Shown here: positions 19,043-30,521 of the stretch, piece after piece
Layout of the letters: each line of letters starts with the position of its first letter
Numbering within the stretch: position 1 is the stretch's first letter
From: an uncultured Chromatiales bacterium
Lineage (GTDB): Bacteria; Pseudomonadota; Gammaproteobacteria; Poriferisulfidales; Poriferisulfidaceae
Assembly: GCA_964526195.1 (NCBI GenBank)
Contig: CAZGIH010000013.1
Coordinates: 5,033-69,032 of the forward strand
Direction of reading: 5' to 3'
DNA length: 64,000 nt
Translations under genes and position numbers: made by a program
The notes under the pieces: generated by a model
The model's database searches: none
Seen by the model: only the letters and a program-made list of their open reading frames with translations
What the model was told of the DNA's origin: nothing

Positions 19043-20083
19043 TTAGGCGAGGGGAGACGGCGAAGCGAGTTCTTCCAGAGGCCAGCGTGCCCGGCTCCGA
19101 ATTTCCAGTCCGCTAAGAGCAACCGGGTCCTGCAGGCGCAGTGAACCGGCAAAAGCGATCATGGCTCCGTTGTCTGTGCAATATTCGAGAGGTGGCCATA
19201 GGACTTGTTGTTCATCCTTTTCCAAGGCTGCCGCCAGCTGGTCTCGCAGCCGTTGGTTTGCGCCGACTCCGCCAGCCACTACCAGATGATCCAGTCCACT
19301 CTGCGCCAGCGCGCGTTGAGACTTCGCGACTAGAACGTCAACGACGGCTTCCTGAAAACCGGCTGCGATGTCCGCAGCCGCTTGGGCATCGTTTGCGTGG
19401 GCTTCGGCCAGGCGGCGAGCATGGGTCTTGAGCCCGCTGAAACTCATGTCGCAACCTTCTCGATCCAGCATCGGGCGTGGAAAGTGAAAACGTTCAGGGT
19501 CGCCGCGTTCCGCAAGTTTTGCCAGGGCGGGTCCGCCCGGATAAGGCAGATCCAGGATGCGCGCGGTCTTGTCGAAAGCTTCACCGACGGCATCGTCGAT
19601 GCTTTGTCCCAGGCAGGTGTACTGGCCGATTCGATCAACCTGCATCAACAGGCTGTGCCCGCCTGAAACCAGCAGTGCCGCGAAGGGAGGTGAAAAATCC
19701 GGGTTATCCATGAGAGGGGCCAGCAAATGGGCCTCCATATGGTGGATGGCGAGCGCCGGCCGATCCAACGCGTAAGCCATGGCGCAGGCGAACGAGGCGC
19801 CGGACATCAGGGCGCCGATCAGTCCAGGCCCGGCCGTGTAGGCGATGGCATCCAGTTCCGTAGGCAGGCAGCCGGCTTCTTCCAGGGCGTCCACAGTCAA
19901 CTGAGGCAGGCGACGCACGTGATCGCGAGAGGCCAGTTCCGGCACGACCCCGCCATACTGCCGGTGGGTCTTGACTTGGCTGTAGAGCTTATGGGAGAGA
20001 AGTCCGCGCGCACTGTCCCATACCGCGATTCCGGTTTCATCGCAGGAGGTCTCGATTCCAAGTACTCGGGTGGTTTGAGTCAT
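19043..20083 (-). CDS. tsaD: tRNA N6-adenosine threonylcarbamoyltransferase
   Basis: MTQTTRVLGIETSCDETGIAVWD. Kae1/YgjD family. Confidence 0.9.
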   Translation of the reverse strand: MTQTTRVLGIETSCDETGIAVWDSARGLLSHKLYSQVKTHRQYGGVVPELASRDHVRRLPQLTVDALEEAGCLPTELDAIAYTAGPGLIGALMSGASFACAMAYALDRPALAIHHMEAHLLAPLMDNPDFSPPFAALLVSGGHSLLMQVDRIGQYTCLGQSIDDAVGEAFDKTARILDLPYPGGPALAKLAERGDPERFHFPRPMLDREGCDMSFSGLKTHARRLAEAHANDAQAAADIAAGFQEAVVDVLVAKSQRALAQSGLDHLVVAGGVGANQRLRDQLAAALEKDEQQVLWPPLEYCTDNGAMIAFAGSLRLQDPVALSGLEIRSRARWPLEELASPSPLA

Positions 20084-20189
20084 GCGTCCACAAAGCGGCA
20101 TGGGTGCAACGGTATTATCGCGGATTCAGTTCTTTCATCGCCAACCATGTACAATACGCAATCCATTTTCGGCCATTTGATGAATCTAT

Positions 20190-20399
20190 ATGCCTGGGAT
20201 TCGGGTCAAGGAAGACGAGCCATTTGACGTCGCAATTCGTCGTTTTCGGCGTGCCTGCGAACGATCAGGAGTGCTTTCAGAAGCTCGTCGCCGTGAATAT
20301 TACGAGAAACCGACCGAAGTGCGCAAGCGCAAGGCTGCAGCGGCGATAAAGCGCAATGCCAAGCGTCTGTCCAAGCAATCGCGACCGCGTTACCGTTGA
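20190..20399 (+). CDS. rpsU: 30S ribosomal protein S21
   Basis: [28 protein letters not shown]. Classic divergent tsaD-rpsU arrangement. Confidence 0.9.
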   Translation: MPGIRVKEDEPFDVAIRRFRRACERSGVLSEARRREYYEKPTEVRKRKAAAAIKRNAKRLSKQSRPRYR

Positions 20400-21860
<1,461 letters not shown>

Positions 21861-21866
21861 GCCCCG

Positions 21867-22913
21867 ATGGCGGTCCCGAAAAACGATCGATTCCTTCGCG
21901 CCCTGCGGCGGCAGCCGACCGACCGCACGCCTGTCTGGATCATGCGTCAGGCTGGGCGTTACCTTCCGGAATATCGAGAATTGCGCGAGCGCGCCGGAAG
22001 TTTCCTCAATTTGTGCCAGACGCCGGACTATGCTTGCGAAGCTGCGTTGCAGCCGATGCGCCGCTATCCACTGGATGCGGCGATCGTGTTCTCTGACATC
22101 CTGACCATCCCGGACGCAATGGGGCTAGGACTCGGGTTTTCCGAGGGGGCCGGGCCGCATTTCGAACGTCCGATCCGCAGTGCAGCCGATATCAGGGCGT
22201 TGGGGGTTCCAGATCCGCACCAGGAACTCCGCTATGTTAGCGAAGCTGTTTCCTTATTGTCCGGGGAGATCGGAGAGCAAGTCCCGGTAATCGGTTTTGC
22301 CGGCAGCCCTTGGACGTTGGCGACCTACATGATTGAAGGTCGCAGCCGCAGCGAGTTCGCGCATGTCGCCGAACTGATTCAATCCGAACCGGATCAGCTT
22401 GATCACCTGCTCGCGATTCTGGCGGAATCCGTAGCCCTTTACTTGGAAGCGCAAATCGAGGCTGGTGCCAGCGTGGTCATGATTTTCGACAGTTGGGGGG
22501 GCGTCTTGGAAGGCGAGGATTACGTCCGTTTCTCGCTCCAGCCGGTCGAGCGCATCATGGAGAAATTGGGGCCAGTTGTGCCACGCATCATGTTTGCCCG
22601 TGGAGGTGGCGGGCAGTTGATCGAAGTCAGCAAGACCGGTTGCGAGGCGATTGGCTTGGATGAGACTGTGAATTTACGTGCCGCACGTGAGGAAGTGGGG
22701 CAAGTCTGCGCCTTGCAGGGCAATCTGGATCCGGCCATGCTGCGCGAGGATGCGGAGGACCTGCGTGCCGCCGCACGTGCGCTATTGGAAGATTATGGTC
22801 CTTACCCGGGCCATGTGTTTAACCTCGGGCATGGTATTACTCCGGATATCGACCCGGACCAGCTTGCCTGCTTGATCGACGAAGTCCACCACTTCAACGC
22901 TGCTTCGAACTGA
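21867..22913 (+). CDS. hemE: uroporphyrinogen decarboxylase
   Basis: PVWIMRQAGRYLPEY signature. Confidence 0.9.
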   Translation: MAVPKNDRFLRALRRQPTDRTPVWIMRQAGRYLPEYRELRERAGSFLNLCQTPDYACEAALQPMRRYPLDAAIVFSDILTIPDAMGLGLGFSEGAGPHFERPIRSAADIRALGVPDPHQELRYVSEAVSLLSGEIGEQVPVIGFAGSPWTLATYMIEGRSRSEFAHVAELIQSEPDQLDHLLAILAESVALYLEAQIEAGASVVMIFDSWGGVLEGEDYVRFSLQPVERIMEKLGPVVPRIMFARGGGGQLIEVSKTGCEAIGLDETVNLRAAREEVGQVCALQGNLDPAMLREDAEDLRAAARALLEDYGPYPGHVFNLGHGITPDIDPDQLACLIDEVHHFNAASN

Positions 22914-22948
22914 ACCCAGGCCGGGCGGGGGTCTCCGTACCGGTTCTT

Positions 22949-23476
22949 TTATTCCTCTTCGAGGTAGATGCCAACACCAATCACATGATCGTCACGCATC
23001 GTAATCCAACTGGATTTAGTGCCCACCTTTTTCGTGATCGGGTGCGGCCAGCGGTAGTCGAACCAGCTGCCGTCCGGATTTTCGGCAGCTGCCGCGGCCA
23101 TTCGCGCAAGAAAGACATTGCCATCGGCATCCCTTCCGGTCTCGTCGGTCACTCCTACCCAGCTGGGATCGATCGGATGAGCCACGATGGTTCCGGCATT
23201 GTCCAGAACGAAAACGTAAAATTGACCCTGGTGAAATTCAGGGACGGCCGCATTGACCTTTTCGATCAAAGCGGCGATGCTGTGTTGGTCCACATATTCC
23301 AGAGCCTGGGCCACCATCGACTTGGCCGCCGTTTTGTCAGCACTTTCGGCTTGGTTTTGAGTGTCCAGGGGTGAGGATGGAGCCATCCCGGGAAAAGAAC
23401 CGGGTTTCATGGCGAGAGACAGAAGAATGATGCCGAGTGCGCCGGCAGCGATCAGGAGAATCAGGTTGCGATTCAT
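22949..23476 (-). CDS. secreted single Cache-domain protein (no output domain)
   Basis: Signal peptide. Cache-like DxxG…W…Y..WP pattern. Confidence 0.45.
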   Translation of the reverse strand: MNRNLILLIAAGALGIILLSLAMKPGSFPGMAPSSPLDTQNQAESADKTAAKSMVAQALEYVDQHSIAALIEKVNAAVPEFHQGQFYVFVLDNAGTIVAHPIDPSWVGVTDETGRDADGNVFLARMAAAAAENPDGSWFDYRWPHPITKKVGTKSSWITMRDDHVIGVGIYLEEE

Positions 23477-23561
23477 TTTTAGTGCCCTCTACGGAAAGAA
23501 TTCTGCTGTTTACTGGATGAGAACTGGGCGAGAGGAATTGTAAACCTGAACTTTGGTCAGG

Positions 23562-25958
23562 TCAAAACAATTGCTCGGGAATGTCGGTGCCTTCTCCAGG
23601 CGTCAGAACGGTTTCCTTTGACAGGCGATCGGGTACACGTTCCTCGCGGAAGGTTTCCACGACGCTATTCTTGCTGTTGGGCGGAGCCAGCAGGCCGTTT
23701 TTCGGGTCAATACGCACTTGGACAATGCCGGGGGGAATCGTTAGCGGTTTTTCCGGCAAGCCGGCCAGCGCCACCTTCATGAAGTCGATCCACATCGGCA
23801 GTGCCGCTGTGCCGCCGACTTCGCGCCGTCCGAGTTTCCCGAAATCGTCCCGGCCAACCCAGGTTGTGGCTACAAGCTGGGAATTGAATCCGCTGAACCA
23901 GGCATCGCGCTGATCGTTCGTGGTGCCGGTTTTCCCGGCCAGATCGCCGCGTTCCAGCGCCAGTGCGGCGCGTGCAGTCCCAAGCCGGACCACGTCCCTC
24001 AACATGTTGACAATCTGGTAATGAATCCGTTTGTCAAGGACGCGCGGAGCAGAGTTTTCCGGCATCAGTGCGGGCATTTCCTGATCAGAGGATGTCAGCG
24101 ACGACAAGACCTGAATCTGGCAGGCATCGTCGCAGACTTTTCGGGGATTGGCCGCGTAAACCAAGTCACCGGTTGTGTCCTCGATGCGCTGGATCAAGTA
24201 GGGCTCGATCTGGTAGCCACCATTGGCAAGAATCGCGAATGCCGCCACCATTTGCAATGGGGTCACTTCGCCTGAGCCCAGCGCCAGCGTCAGGTTGTCG
24301 GGAAGAGTCGAGGCATCAAAACCGAATCGCTCCACGAAATGGCGCGCATAATCGCTTCCAATGTTGTCGAGCATGCGGATCGAGACCACATTTCGGGAAT
24401 AAGTCAGCGCTTCGCGGAGTCGGGTGGGTCCGTAAAACCGGCCGCTGTAGTTTTCAGGGCGCCAGGCCCCTTCGATGCCTTGGTCATGGTAGACCACAGG
24501 CGCATCGTTTATCAGCGTGGCTGGGGTGTAGCCCTTGGCCAGGGCCGCGGTATACAAGAACGGTTTGAAGCTTGAGCCTGGCTGGCGACGCGCTTGAGTA
24601 GCGCGGTTGAACTTGCTCAAGGCGAAATCGAAGCCGCCGGTCAGCGCCCGGATTGCGCCATCGGTTGGATCGATTGCAACCAATGCACCGGAAGCTTCCG
24701 GAATTTGGCGCAGACGCCAGACATTGTCTTCAAATATCAGATGTACGACATCACCCGGATTCACTACATCCGAAGTCTCCCTCGGCGCGGGCCCGCGTCG
24801 GTCGACATGCTCCATCGGTCTTGCCCAGAGAATCTCCTCAAGAGTGAGTTCTGCCCAACGGCCGCGGCCGAGGTAGATATGCGCGACATCCGGGCCAGCA
24901 TGGATCACAATGCCGTTCTCGAAGCCGCCGCGAGTTGGCGTGTTGGCCAGAACCCGATCAAGCTCCTGTTTGTTTTCGGGGAGCGGTGCCAGGCGATTTT
25001 CCGCACCGCGCCAGCCGTGGCGCAGGTCGTAGCGAATTAAGGCTCTTCGTACGGCTTGGCGGGCCGCCGTCTGTAGATCGTTGTGTATCGTCAGGTAAAC
25101 CGTATAGCCCCCGGTATAGGCACCTGTCCCGAATCGTTCCACCATTTCGGCCCGAACCATCTCTCCGACGTAGGGGGCCGAGGACTGGCCGCGGTAATGG
25201 CCCAGCCGTGCGGTGACAGGAGCCTCTACAGCTTCTTGAAATTGTTCGTCTGTGATATGCCTGTCCTGCAGCATGCGGTCCAGTACGTAGCGGCGGCGCG
25301 CGCGGGAGGCTTCAGGATTGGTGACCGGATTCAGGGTTGAGGGCGCTTTGGGCAGGCCGGCGATGGTGGCTATCTGGGCCAGTGTCAGGTGTCGAGGGGC
25401 AGTGTCGTAGTAAACCTCGGCCGCAGCGCCCACGCCGTACGCCCGATGTCCAAGAAAGATCTTGTTCAGGTACAGTTCTAGGATTTCGTCCTTGCTGAGC
25501 TCTTGCTCAATGCGCAGGGCGAGAAAAATCTCGCGCAATTTACGGACGAAGTGACGTTGCCGAGTCAGGTAGAAGTTGCGTGCCAGCTGCATGGTGATGG
25601 TGCTGCCGCCTTGGCGGATCCGTCCGCTGCGCGCAAGATCCACGGCGGCGCGGACCAAGGCCTGCAAATCCACTCCGAAATGTTGCTCAAAGCGCGCATC
25701 TTCGGACGCGATGAAGGCTTGGCGCATCGACAATGGGATTTCGTCCAAACTGACGGGAATGCGTCGTTTGGTGCCGTATACCGCGAGCAATGCACCATCC
25801 TGAGAGTAAACCCGAAGCGGGGTTTGCAGATGAACATCGCGAAGTTCCTGGACCGTCGGCATGCTGGGCTGGATGTACAAATAAGCCCCGAGAACGGCGA
25901 GCAGGGCCGGCATCACCCCTAAGGCGACTAGTCTCAGCAGGCGGCGTACGATCTTCAT
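23562..25958 (-). CDS. mrcA: penicillin-binding protein 1A (bifunctional transglycosylase/transpeptidase)
   Basis: GT51 motifs (EDxxF, RQGGSTITMQ). Transpeptidase SxxK/SxN/KTG motifs. 798 aa. Confidence 0.9.
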   Translation of the reverse strand: MKIVRRLLRLVALGVMPALLAVLGAYLYIQPSMPTVQELRDVHLQTPLRVYSQDGALLAVYGTKRRIPVSLDEIPLSMRQAFIASEDARFEQHFGVDLQALVRAAVDLARSGRIRQGGSTITMQLARNFYLTRQRHFVRKLREIFLALRIEQELSKDEILELYLNKIFLGHRAYGVGAAAEVYYDTAPRHLTLAQIATIAGLPKAPSTLNPVTNPEASRARRRYVLDRMLQDRHITDEQFQEAVEAPVTARLGHYRGQSSAPYVGEMVRAEMVERFGTGAYTGGYTVYLTIHNDLQTAARQAVRRALIRYDLRHGWRGAENRLAPLPENKQELDRVLANTPTRGGFENGIVIHAGPDVAHIYLGRGRWAELTLEEILWARPMEHVDRRGPAPRETSDVVNPGDVVHLIFEDNVWRLRQIPEASGALVAIDPTDGAIRALTGGFDFALSKFNRATQARRQPGSSFKPFLYTAALAKGYTPATLINDAPVVYHDQGIEGAWRPENYSGRFYGPTRLREALTYSRNVVSIRMLDNIGSDYARHFVERFGFDASTLPDNLTLALGSGEVTPLQMVAAFAILANGGYQIEPYLIQRIEDTTGDLVYAANPRKVCDDACQIQVLSSLTSSDQEMPALMPENSAPRVLDKRIHYQIVNMLRDVVRLGTARAALALERGDLAGKTGTTNDQRDAWFSGFNSQLVATTWVGRDDFGKLGRREVGGTAALPMWIDFMKVALAGLPEKPLTIPPGIVQVRIDPKNGLLAPPNSKNSVVETFREERVPDRLSKETVLTPGEGTDIPEQLF

Positions 25959-26019
25959 GTCGGAACTGGAGTACGGGCAGGGCTACAGTATAGTGTGGCT
26001 TTGATCATGATGACGCGTT

Positions 26020-26559
26020 ATGGGCATACCCGTCCACCCCTCCAATGTATTTCTGATCGGCCCGATGGGCGCGGGGAAGACGACGGTCGGCTCCATGCTG
26101 GCGAAAGCGATGGGGCGGGAATTCCTCGACAGCGATGCAGTCTTGCAAGAGCGCACCGGAGTGACGGTCTCGGAAATATTTGAGCACGAGGGCGAGCAGG
26201 GGTTCCGTCGTCGGGAACGCGAGGTCATCGCGGAACTGGTCGAACGGAAGAATATCGTATTGGCGACCGGTGGGGGTGCTGTTCTGGATGCCGACAACCG
26301 CCGCCTCTTGGCTTCGCGTGGCACGGTCATCTACCTCCGCGTGCCGCTGGAGGCCCAATTGCAGCACTTGCGTGCCGACCGCACCCGCCCGTTACTGCAG
26401 AGTGGGGATCCGGAAGAGGTTTTGAAACGGCTGTCTCTCGAACGCGACCCGTTATACCGGGAATTATGCGACTACCAGGTCAATATGGATGGCCTGACGG
26501 TGCGCGCAGCCTGTGAAAATATCGTCGAGTGGCTTGATCAGACGCCTGGGCTGTCGTAA
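26020..26559 (+). CDS. aroK: shikimate kinase
   Basis: GPMGAGKTTVG P-loop; 179 aa. Confidence 0.85.
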   Translation: MGIPVHPSNVFLIGPMGAGKTTVGSMLAKAMGREFLDSDAVLQERTGVTVSEIFEHEGEQGFRRREREVIAELVERKNIVLATGGGAVLDADNRRLLASRGTVIYLRVPLEAQLQHLRADRTRPLLQSGDPEEVLKRLSLERDPLYRELCDYQVNMDGLTVRAACENIVEWLDQTPGLS

Positions 26560-26849
26560 CCGTACAGCCAGACGGTGCAGGTCGGAGCGATATTGACGAC
26601 CGAATGAAGACAGTTCCGTGGGATGAAGGCTTCATCCCCGGGCTCCAAAATCATGTCGGTTCCTTCCAGGGTCAATTGCAGCCGGCCCTCCACAACCGTA
26701 ATCAGTTCGTTGCTATCGTGAGTAAAGTTTCGCCAGGCGCGTCCCGGAGGGTCTTCGAATGTTCCGCAGGAAAAGCCGCGCTGTTGCCAGTTTGAAGCGA
26801 CTTGTTCGGGCTCGGGAGGAGCCGGGAATTTTCCGCGGACCGGGTTCAT
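26538..26849 (-). CDS. cupin domain protein
   Basis: Cupin motifs G(x)5HxH-like / PxG…H (…THDSNELITVVEG…PRNCLHS). Convergent 22-nt overlap with aroK. Confidence 0.55.
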   Translation of the reverse strand: MNPVRGKFPAPPEPEQVASNWQQRGFSCGTFEDPPGRAWRNFTHDSNELITVVEGRLQLTLEGTDMILEPGDEAFIPRNCLHSVVNIAPTCTVWLYGYDSPGV

Positions 26850-26917
26850 GCGCGGCGGACCATGACCGGGTCGCCGGGAGCGCAGGCGGCGAAACTGTGG
26901 ACGTCGTCCGCATGTCC

Positions 26918-27217
26918 CTAGATATTGACCGCCGCCGCGAGCCGAATCTCGTCACCGCGTGAAATGGGAGTCGGCCCAAAACCGACTGCGATGCACCGGC
27001 CTTCCACCCAGAACGCGATCTCTCCGGCCTCCACTACATCGCGAGCATCAGTTTCAAGGGCGGCTTCGACGGGTACCCCGAAGTAGATTTCCTGCCCCCA
27101 GGTGTGGACTTCGGACTGGATTGGCAGGGCGGCGCAAATTGCCTGCGCGGTCGGTGTGTCGTAGCAAGTGATCGTGGCGGTGTGACGGCCGGCAGTCAAC
27201 AGCAAGGTCTCTGGCAT
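26918..27217 (-). CDS. cyclophilin-like fold protein (DUF369 family-like)
   Basis: MPETLLLTAGRHTATITCYDTPTAQAICAALPI…WGQEIYFGVP matches the cyclophilin-like superfamily pattern. Confidence 0.45.
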   Translation of the reverse strand: MPETLLLTAGRHTATITCYDTPTAQAICAALPIQSEVHTWGQEIYFGVPVEAALETDARDVVEAGEIAFWVEGRCIAVGFGPTPISRGDEIRLAAAVNI

Positions 27218-27299
27218 GGTCTCCGGGAAAAGGAAAGCGCGAGAAGCCTAGCAGTATACAATTTGCCTCAAACGGTAGTTCGAGACCGAAGAATTTTTC

Positions 27300-28376
27300 G
27301 TGGATGAGTTGACTGTTGCCCTGAAGAGTGCCTCGTACCCGATCTTGATCGGTGAAGGATTGCTTGAAGATTCCGCGCGCTGGGCTCCTTTGATGGGATC
27401 CGAGGCCGTGCTGGTAACGCATCCGGGGGTGGAAAATCTGTATGCCCGGCCTCTCGCGCAGGCCTTGGGCTCGGCTTGCCGTGGATGCTACGTGCTGCCG
27501 GACGGCGAGCAGCACAAGACGCTGGAAGACCTGAACGGGCTTTATACCTGGCTTCTGGAACAGGAACTCGGGCGCGGCGCGACTTTTGTCGCGGTCGGGG
27601 GAGGCGTGGTCGGCGACGTGACCGGATTTGCCGCTGCTACCTACATGCGCGGCGTGGATTTCGTGCAGGTTCCAACGACATTGCTGGCGCAAGTGGATGC
27701 CTCGGTCGGTGGCAAGACCGGGGTCAACCATCCGCTTGGCAAGAACATGATCGGCGCATTCTGGCAGCCGAAAGCGGTACTGATCGACCCGGTAACACTC
27801 CGCAGTCTGCCAGCGCGCGAGATGCGTGCGGGCGTGGCCGAGGTCATCAAATACGGTTTGATTGACGATGCGGAATTTTTCGAGTGGCTGGAAGACCACC
27901 TTGAGGAGGTTTTGGCGCTGGAGACGGAAGCCTTGACGTATGCAATCAAGACATCCTGCGCCAGCAAGGCACGGATTGTGGCTGCCGACGAGCGCGAACG
28001 TACCGGCGCCCGCGCATTGCTGAACTTGGGCCACACTTTCGCACATGCGATCGAGACCGAGCAGGGTTATGCGCAGTGGTGTCACGGTGAAGCGGTAGCC
28101 TGCGGTTTGGTGCTTGCCGCCGACCTGTCAGTCCGGATGGGTTGGCTTGAGGTTCAGGCGGCGGAGCGGATACAGGCACTGGTCGACCGTGCAGGGCTGC
28201 CGACCCGGCTGCCGGAAGAGCTGGGGGTCGAACAGTTGCGTGCTCATATGCGTCACGACAAGAAGAATGTTGGAGGACGGCAGCGTTTCATCCTGATGCG
28301 CGCGATCGGACAGGCGGAAGTGACCGAGCAAGTGGACGAACGGCTGTTGTCGGCCACGTTGGCAGGAGTGCGCTGA
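27300..28376 (+). CDS. aroB: 3-dehydroquinate synthase
   Basis: GGGVVGD, VPTTLLAQVDASVGGKTG, and LNLGHTFAHAIE motifs. Confidence 0.9.
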   Translation: MDELTVALKSASYPILIGEGLLEDSARWAPLMGSEAVLVTHPGVENLYARPLAQALGSACRGCYVLPDGEQHKTLEDLNGLYTWLLEQELGRGATFVAVGGGVVGDVTGFAAATYMRGVDFVQVPTTLLAQVDASVGGKTGVNHPLGKNMIGAFWQPKAVLIDPVTLRSLPAREMRAGVAEVIKYGLIDDAEFFEWLEDHLEEVLALETEALTYAIKTSCASKARIVAADERERTGARALLNLGHTFAHAIETEQGYAQWCHGEAVACGLVLAADLSVRMGWLEVQAAERIQALVDRAGLPTRLPEELGVEQLRAHMRHDKKNVGGRQRFILMRAIGQAEVTEQVDERLLSATLAGVR

Positions 28377-28380
28377 ACCC

Positions 28381-29568
28381 GTGGCAGTCGATTTGCTGGA
28401 AGCGCGGGGCGGTGGGTCGAATCAGGCCGGGTTTGCCCCTTACGCTGCCAGCGAATCCAATTCGCTCGGGCGGCAGCATGCGGAGCCGCCAGACGAATTC
28501 AGGACGCTGTACCAGCGTGATTGCGACCGGATCATTCACTCGGCCGCTTTCCGTAGCCTGGAGTACAAGACCCAGGTCATGGTGAATCATGCGGATGGAT
28601 CTTTCCGGACCCGACTGACGCACAGCATCGAAGTGGCCAAGCTGTCGCGCACACTGGCGCGGGCCCTGCGCCTCAATGAAGATTTGTCCGAATCGATCGC
28701 ACTGGCTCACGATCTGGGTCACACGCCATTCGGGCATGCCGGACAAGATGCGCTGGATGACTGCATGAAAGAGTATGGAGGATTCGAGCACAACCTGCAA
28801 TCATTGCGTGTGATCGACAAACTGGAGTACAAATACGCCGATTTTCGTGGCCTTAATCTGACTTTTGAGACACGTGAAGGAGTGTTGAAGCGCTGCCCGA
28901 AAGAAATCGCCAAAACTTTGGGTCCGCTGGGAGAACGTTTTCTCAAGGGTGGTTCGCCGACCTTGGAGGCGCAGTTGGTGGATTTTGCCGACCAGATCGC
29001 ATATACCAACCATGATCTGGATGATGGCTTGCGACTGGGTTTTCTGAATCTCAAGGAGGTGCGGAAATTGGCGCTGTTTTCCCGTGCCTATGACGAGGCG
29101 GAGAAAGCCTCTCCGAAGTTGTCGCGGCATGCCTTGTTGCATGAAGCCAACCGGCGCATGATTACGGCCATGATGGTCGACCTGATTCTCGCCACCCAGC
29201 AACGGATTGAACAGGCGCAACCGGACTCGCCGGAAGCCGTTCGTGCCTGTCCCGACCGATTGGCCGGATTCAGCGACAAATTGCGTGCCGAGCTTGCGCC
29301 GGTGACGCGGCTGCTGCACGAGAAGTATTACTGCCACTACCGTTTGGTGCGGGCCTCCAACAAGGCGGTCGGCGTCATTCGGGAATTGTTTCGTGCGTTC
29401 ATGGGTCGCCCACAGTTGCTGCCGACGGAATTGCATCAACGGGCTCGTGAGAAGAAAGAGGCTCGCGGTGAGGAGGGTCAGGCCCGGGTGATCGCCGACT
29501 ATATTGCGAGCTTGAGCGATCGACACATTCTTGCGGAACACCGCAAGATTTTCGATGTGGCGGGATAA
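28381..29568 (+). CDS. dgt: dGTP triphosphohydrolase-like HD-domain protein
   Basis: [23 protein letters not shown]…HSIEVA…[12 protein letters not shown] motif. Confidence 0.8.
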   Translation: MAVDLLEARGGGSNQAGFAPYAASESNSLGRQHAEPPDEFRTLYQRDCDRIIHSAAFRSLEYKTQVMVNHADGSFRTRLTHSIEVAKLSRTLARALRLNEDLSESIALAHDLGHTPFGHAGQDALDDCMKEYGGFEHNLQSLRVIDKLEYKYADFRGLNLTFETREGVLKRCPKEIAKTLGPLGERFLKGGSPTLEAQLVDFADQIAYTNHDLDDGLRLGFLNLKEVRKLALFSRAYDEAEKASPKLSRHALLHEANRRMITAMMVDLILATQQRIEQAQPDSPEAVRACPDRLAGFSDKLRAELAPVTRLLHEKYYCHYRLVRASNKAVGVIRELFRAFMGRPQLLPTELHQRAREKKEARGEEGQARVIADYIASLSDRHILAEHRKIFDVAG

Positions 29569-29642
29569 GTCAATATTCGACTAAACTAACCGGCACGAAC
29601 TGGTCCGGATCGTTCAACAGAGTTCCATTTTCCGCTGACAAC

Positions 29643-30521
29643 ATGACGATTCAGAACCTCATCCGTCAACTGGAAGAATACTGGGCGGCGCAGGGTTGCG
29701 TAATTCTGCCCGCGCACGACCTGCCGATTGGTGCGGCAACCTTCCACCCGGAAACCTTTCTGCGGGCAATCGGCCCGGAGCCATGGCGATGCGCATTCGC
29801 GCAACCGTGTCGGCGCCCGACGGATGGGCGTTACGGAGAAAACCCGAACCGTCTTCAACGTTACTATCAGTTCCAAGTTGCGCTCAAGCCCTCGCCGGAC
29901 GACATCCAGGATCTGTTCTTGCAGTCCCTGGGAGAACTCGGCATCGCGCTGGACAAGAACGATGTCCGTTTCGTGGAAGACGACTGGGAATCCCCGACGT
30001 TAGGGGCGTGGGGCCTGGGCTGGGAAGTGCAACTTAACGGTATGGAAATCAGCCAGTTCACATATTTTCAGCAGGCAGGAGGGCTGGAATGCCGTCCGAC
30101 ACTCGGCGAATTGACCTATGGCATCGAACGGATCGCAATGTTCCTGCAGGAAACGGACAGTGTCTTCGACTTGGTTTGGCATGGCGAAGGGGCCGGTGCA
30201 GTCACATACGGGCAGCTATTCCACCAGAATGAAGTTGAGCAATCGGCCTACAATTTCGAGCAAGCCGACACGGAGAAACTATCTCGCCAGTTCGACGAAA
30301 TAGAGGGGGAATGTGATCGGTTGATTGACCAGAATCTTCCATTGCCGGCCTACGAGCAACTGGTCTGGTGCTCGCATCTCTTCAATCTCCTGGATGCGCG
30401 GCATGCGATTTCCGTCACGGAGCGTCAGAAGTACATTCTGCGCATCCGTGGCCGGGCGCAGAAGATCGCGGAAGCCTACTACGCTTCGCGCGAAGCCCTT
30501 AATTTCCCCTTGGGCGCGTAA
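29643..30521 (+). CDS. glyQ: glycine--tRNA ligase alpha subunit
   Basis: [19 protein letters not shown]… canonical GlyQ. Confidence 0.9.
   Translation: MTIQNLIRQLEEYWAAQGCVILPAHDLPIGAATFHPETFLRAIGPEPWRCAFAQPCRRPTDGRYGENPNRLQRYYQFQVALKPSPDDIQDLFLQSLGELGIALDKNDVRFVEDDWESPTLGAWGLGWEVQLNGMEISQFTYFQQAGGLECRPTLGELTYGIERIAMFLQETDSVFDLVWHGEGAGAVTYGQLFHQNEVEQSAYNFEQADTEKLSRQFDEIEGECDRLIDQNLPLPAYEQLVWCSHLFNLLDARHAISVTERQKYILRIRGRAQKIAEAYYASREALNFPLGA

Noticed and set aside
27054-28085. 343-aa ORF on the minus strand
   Set aside because: It is fully antisense to aroB, which has unmistakable motifs. Long antisense ORFs of this kind are the expected artefact of high GC content with few stop codons.
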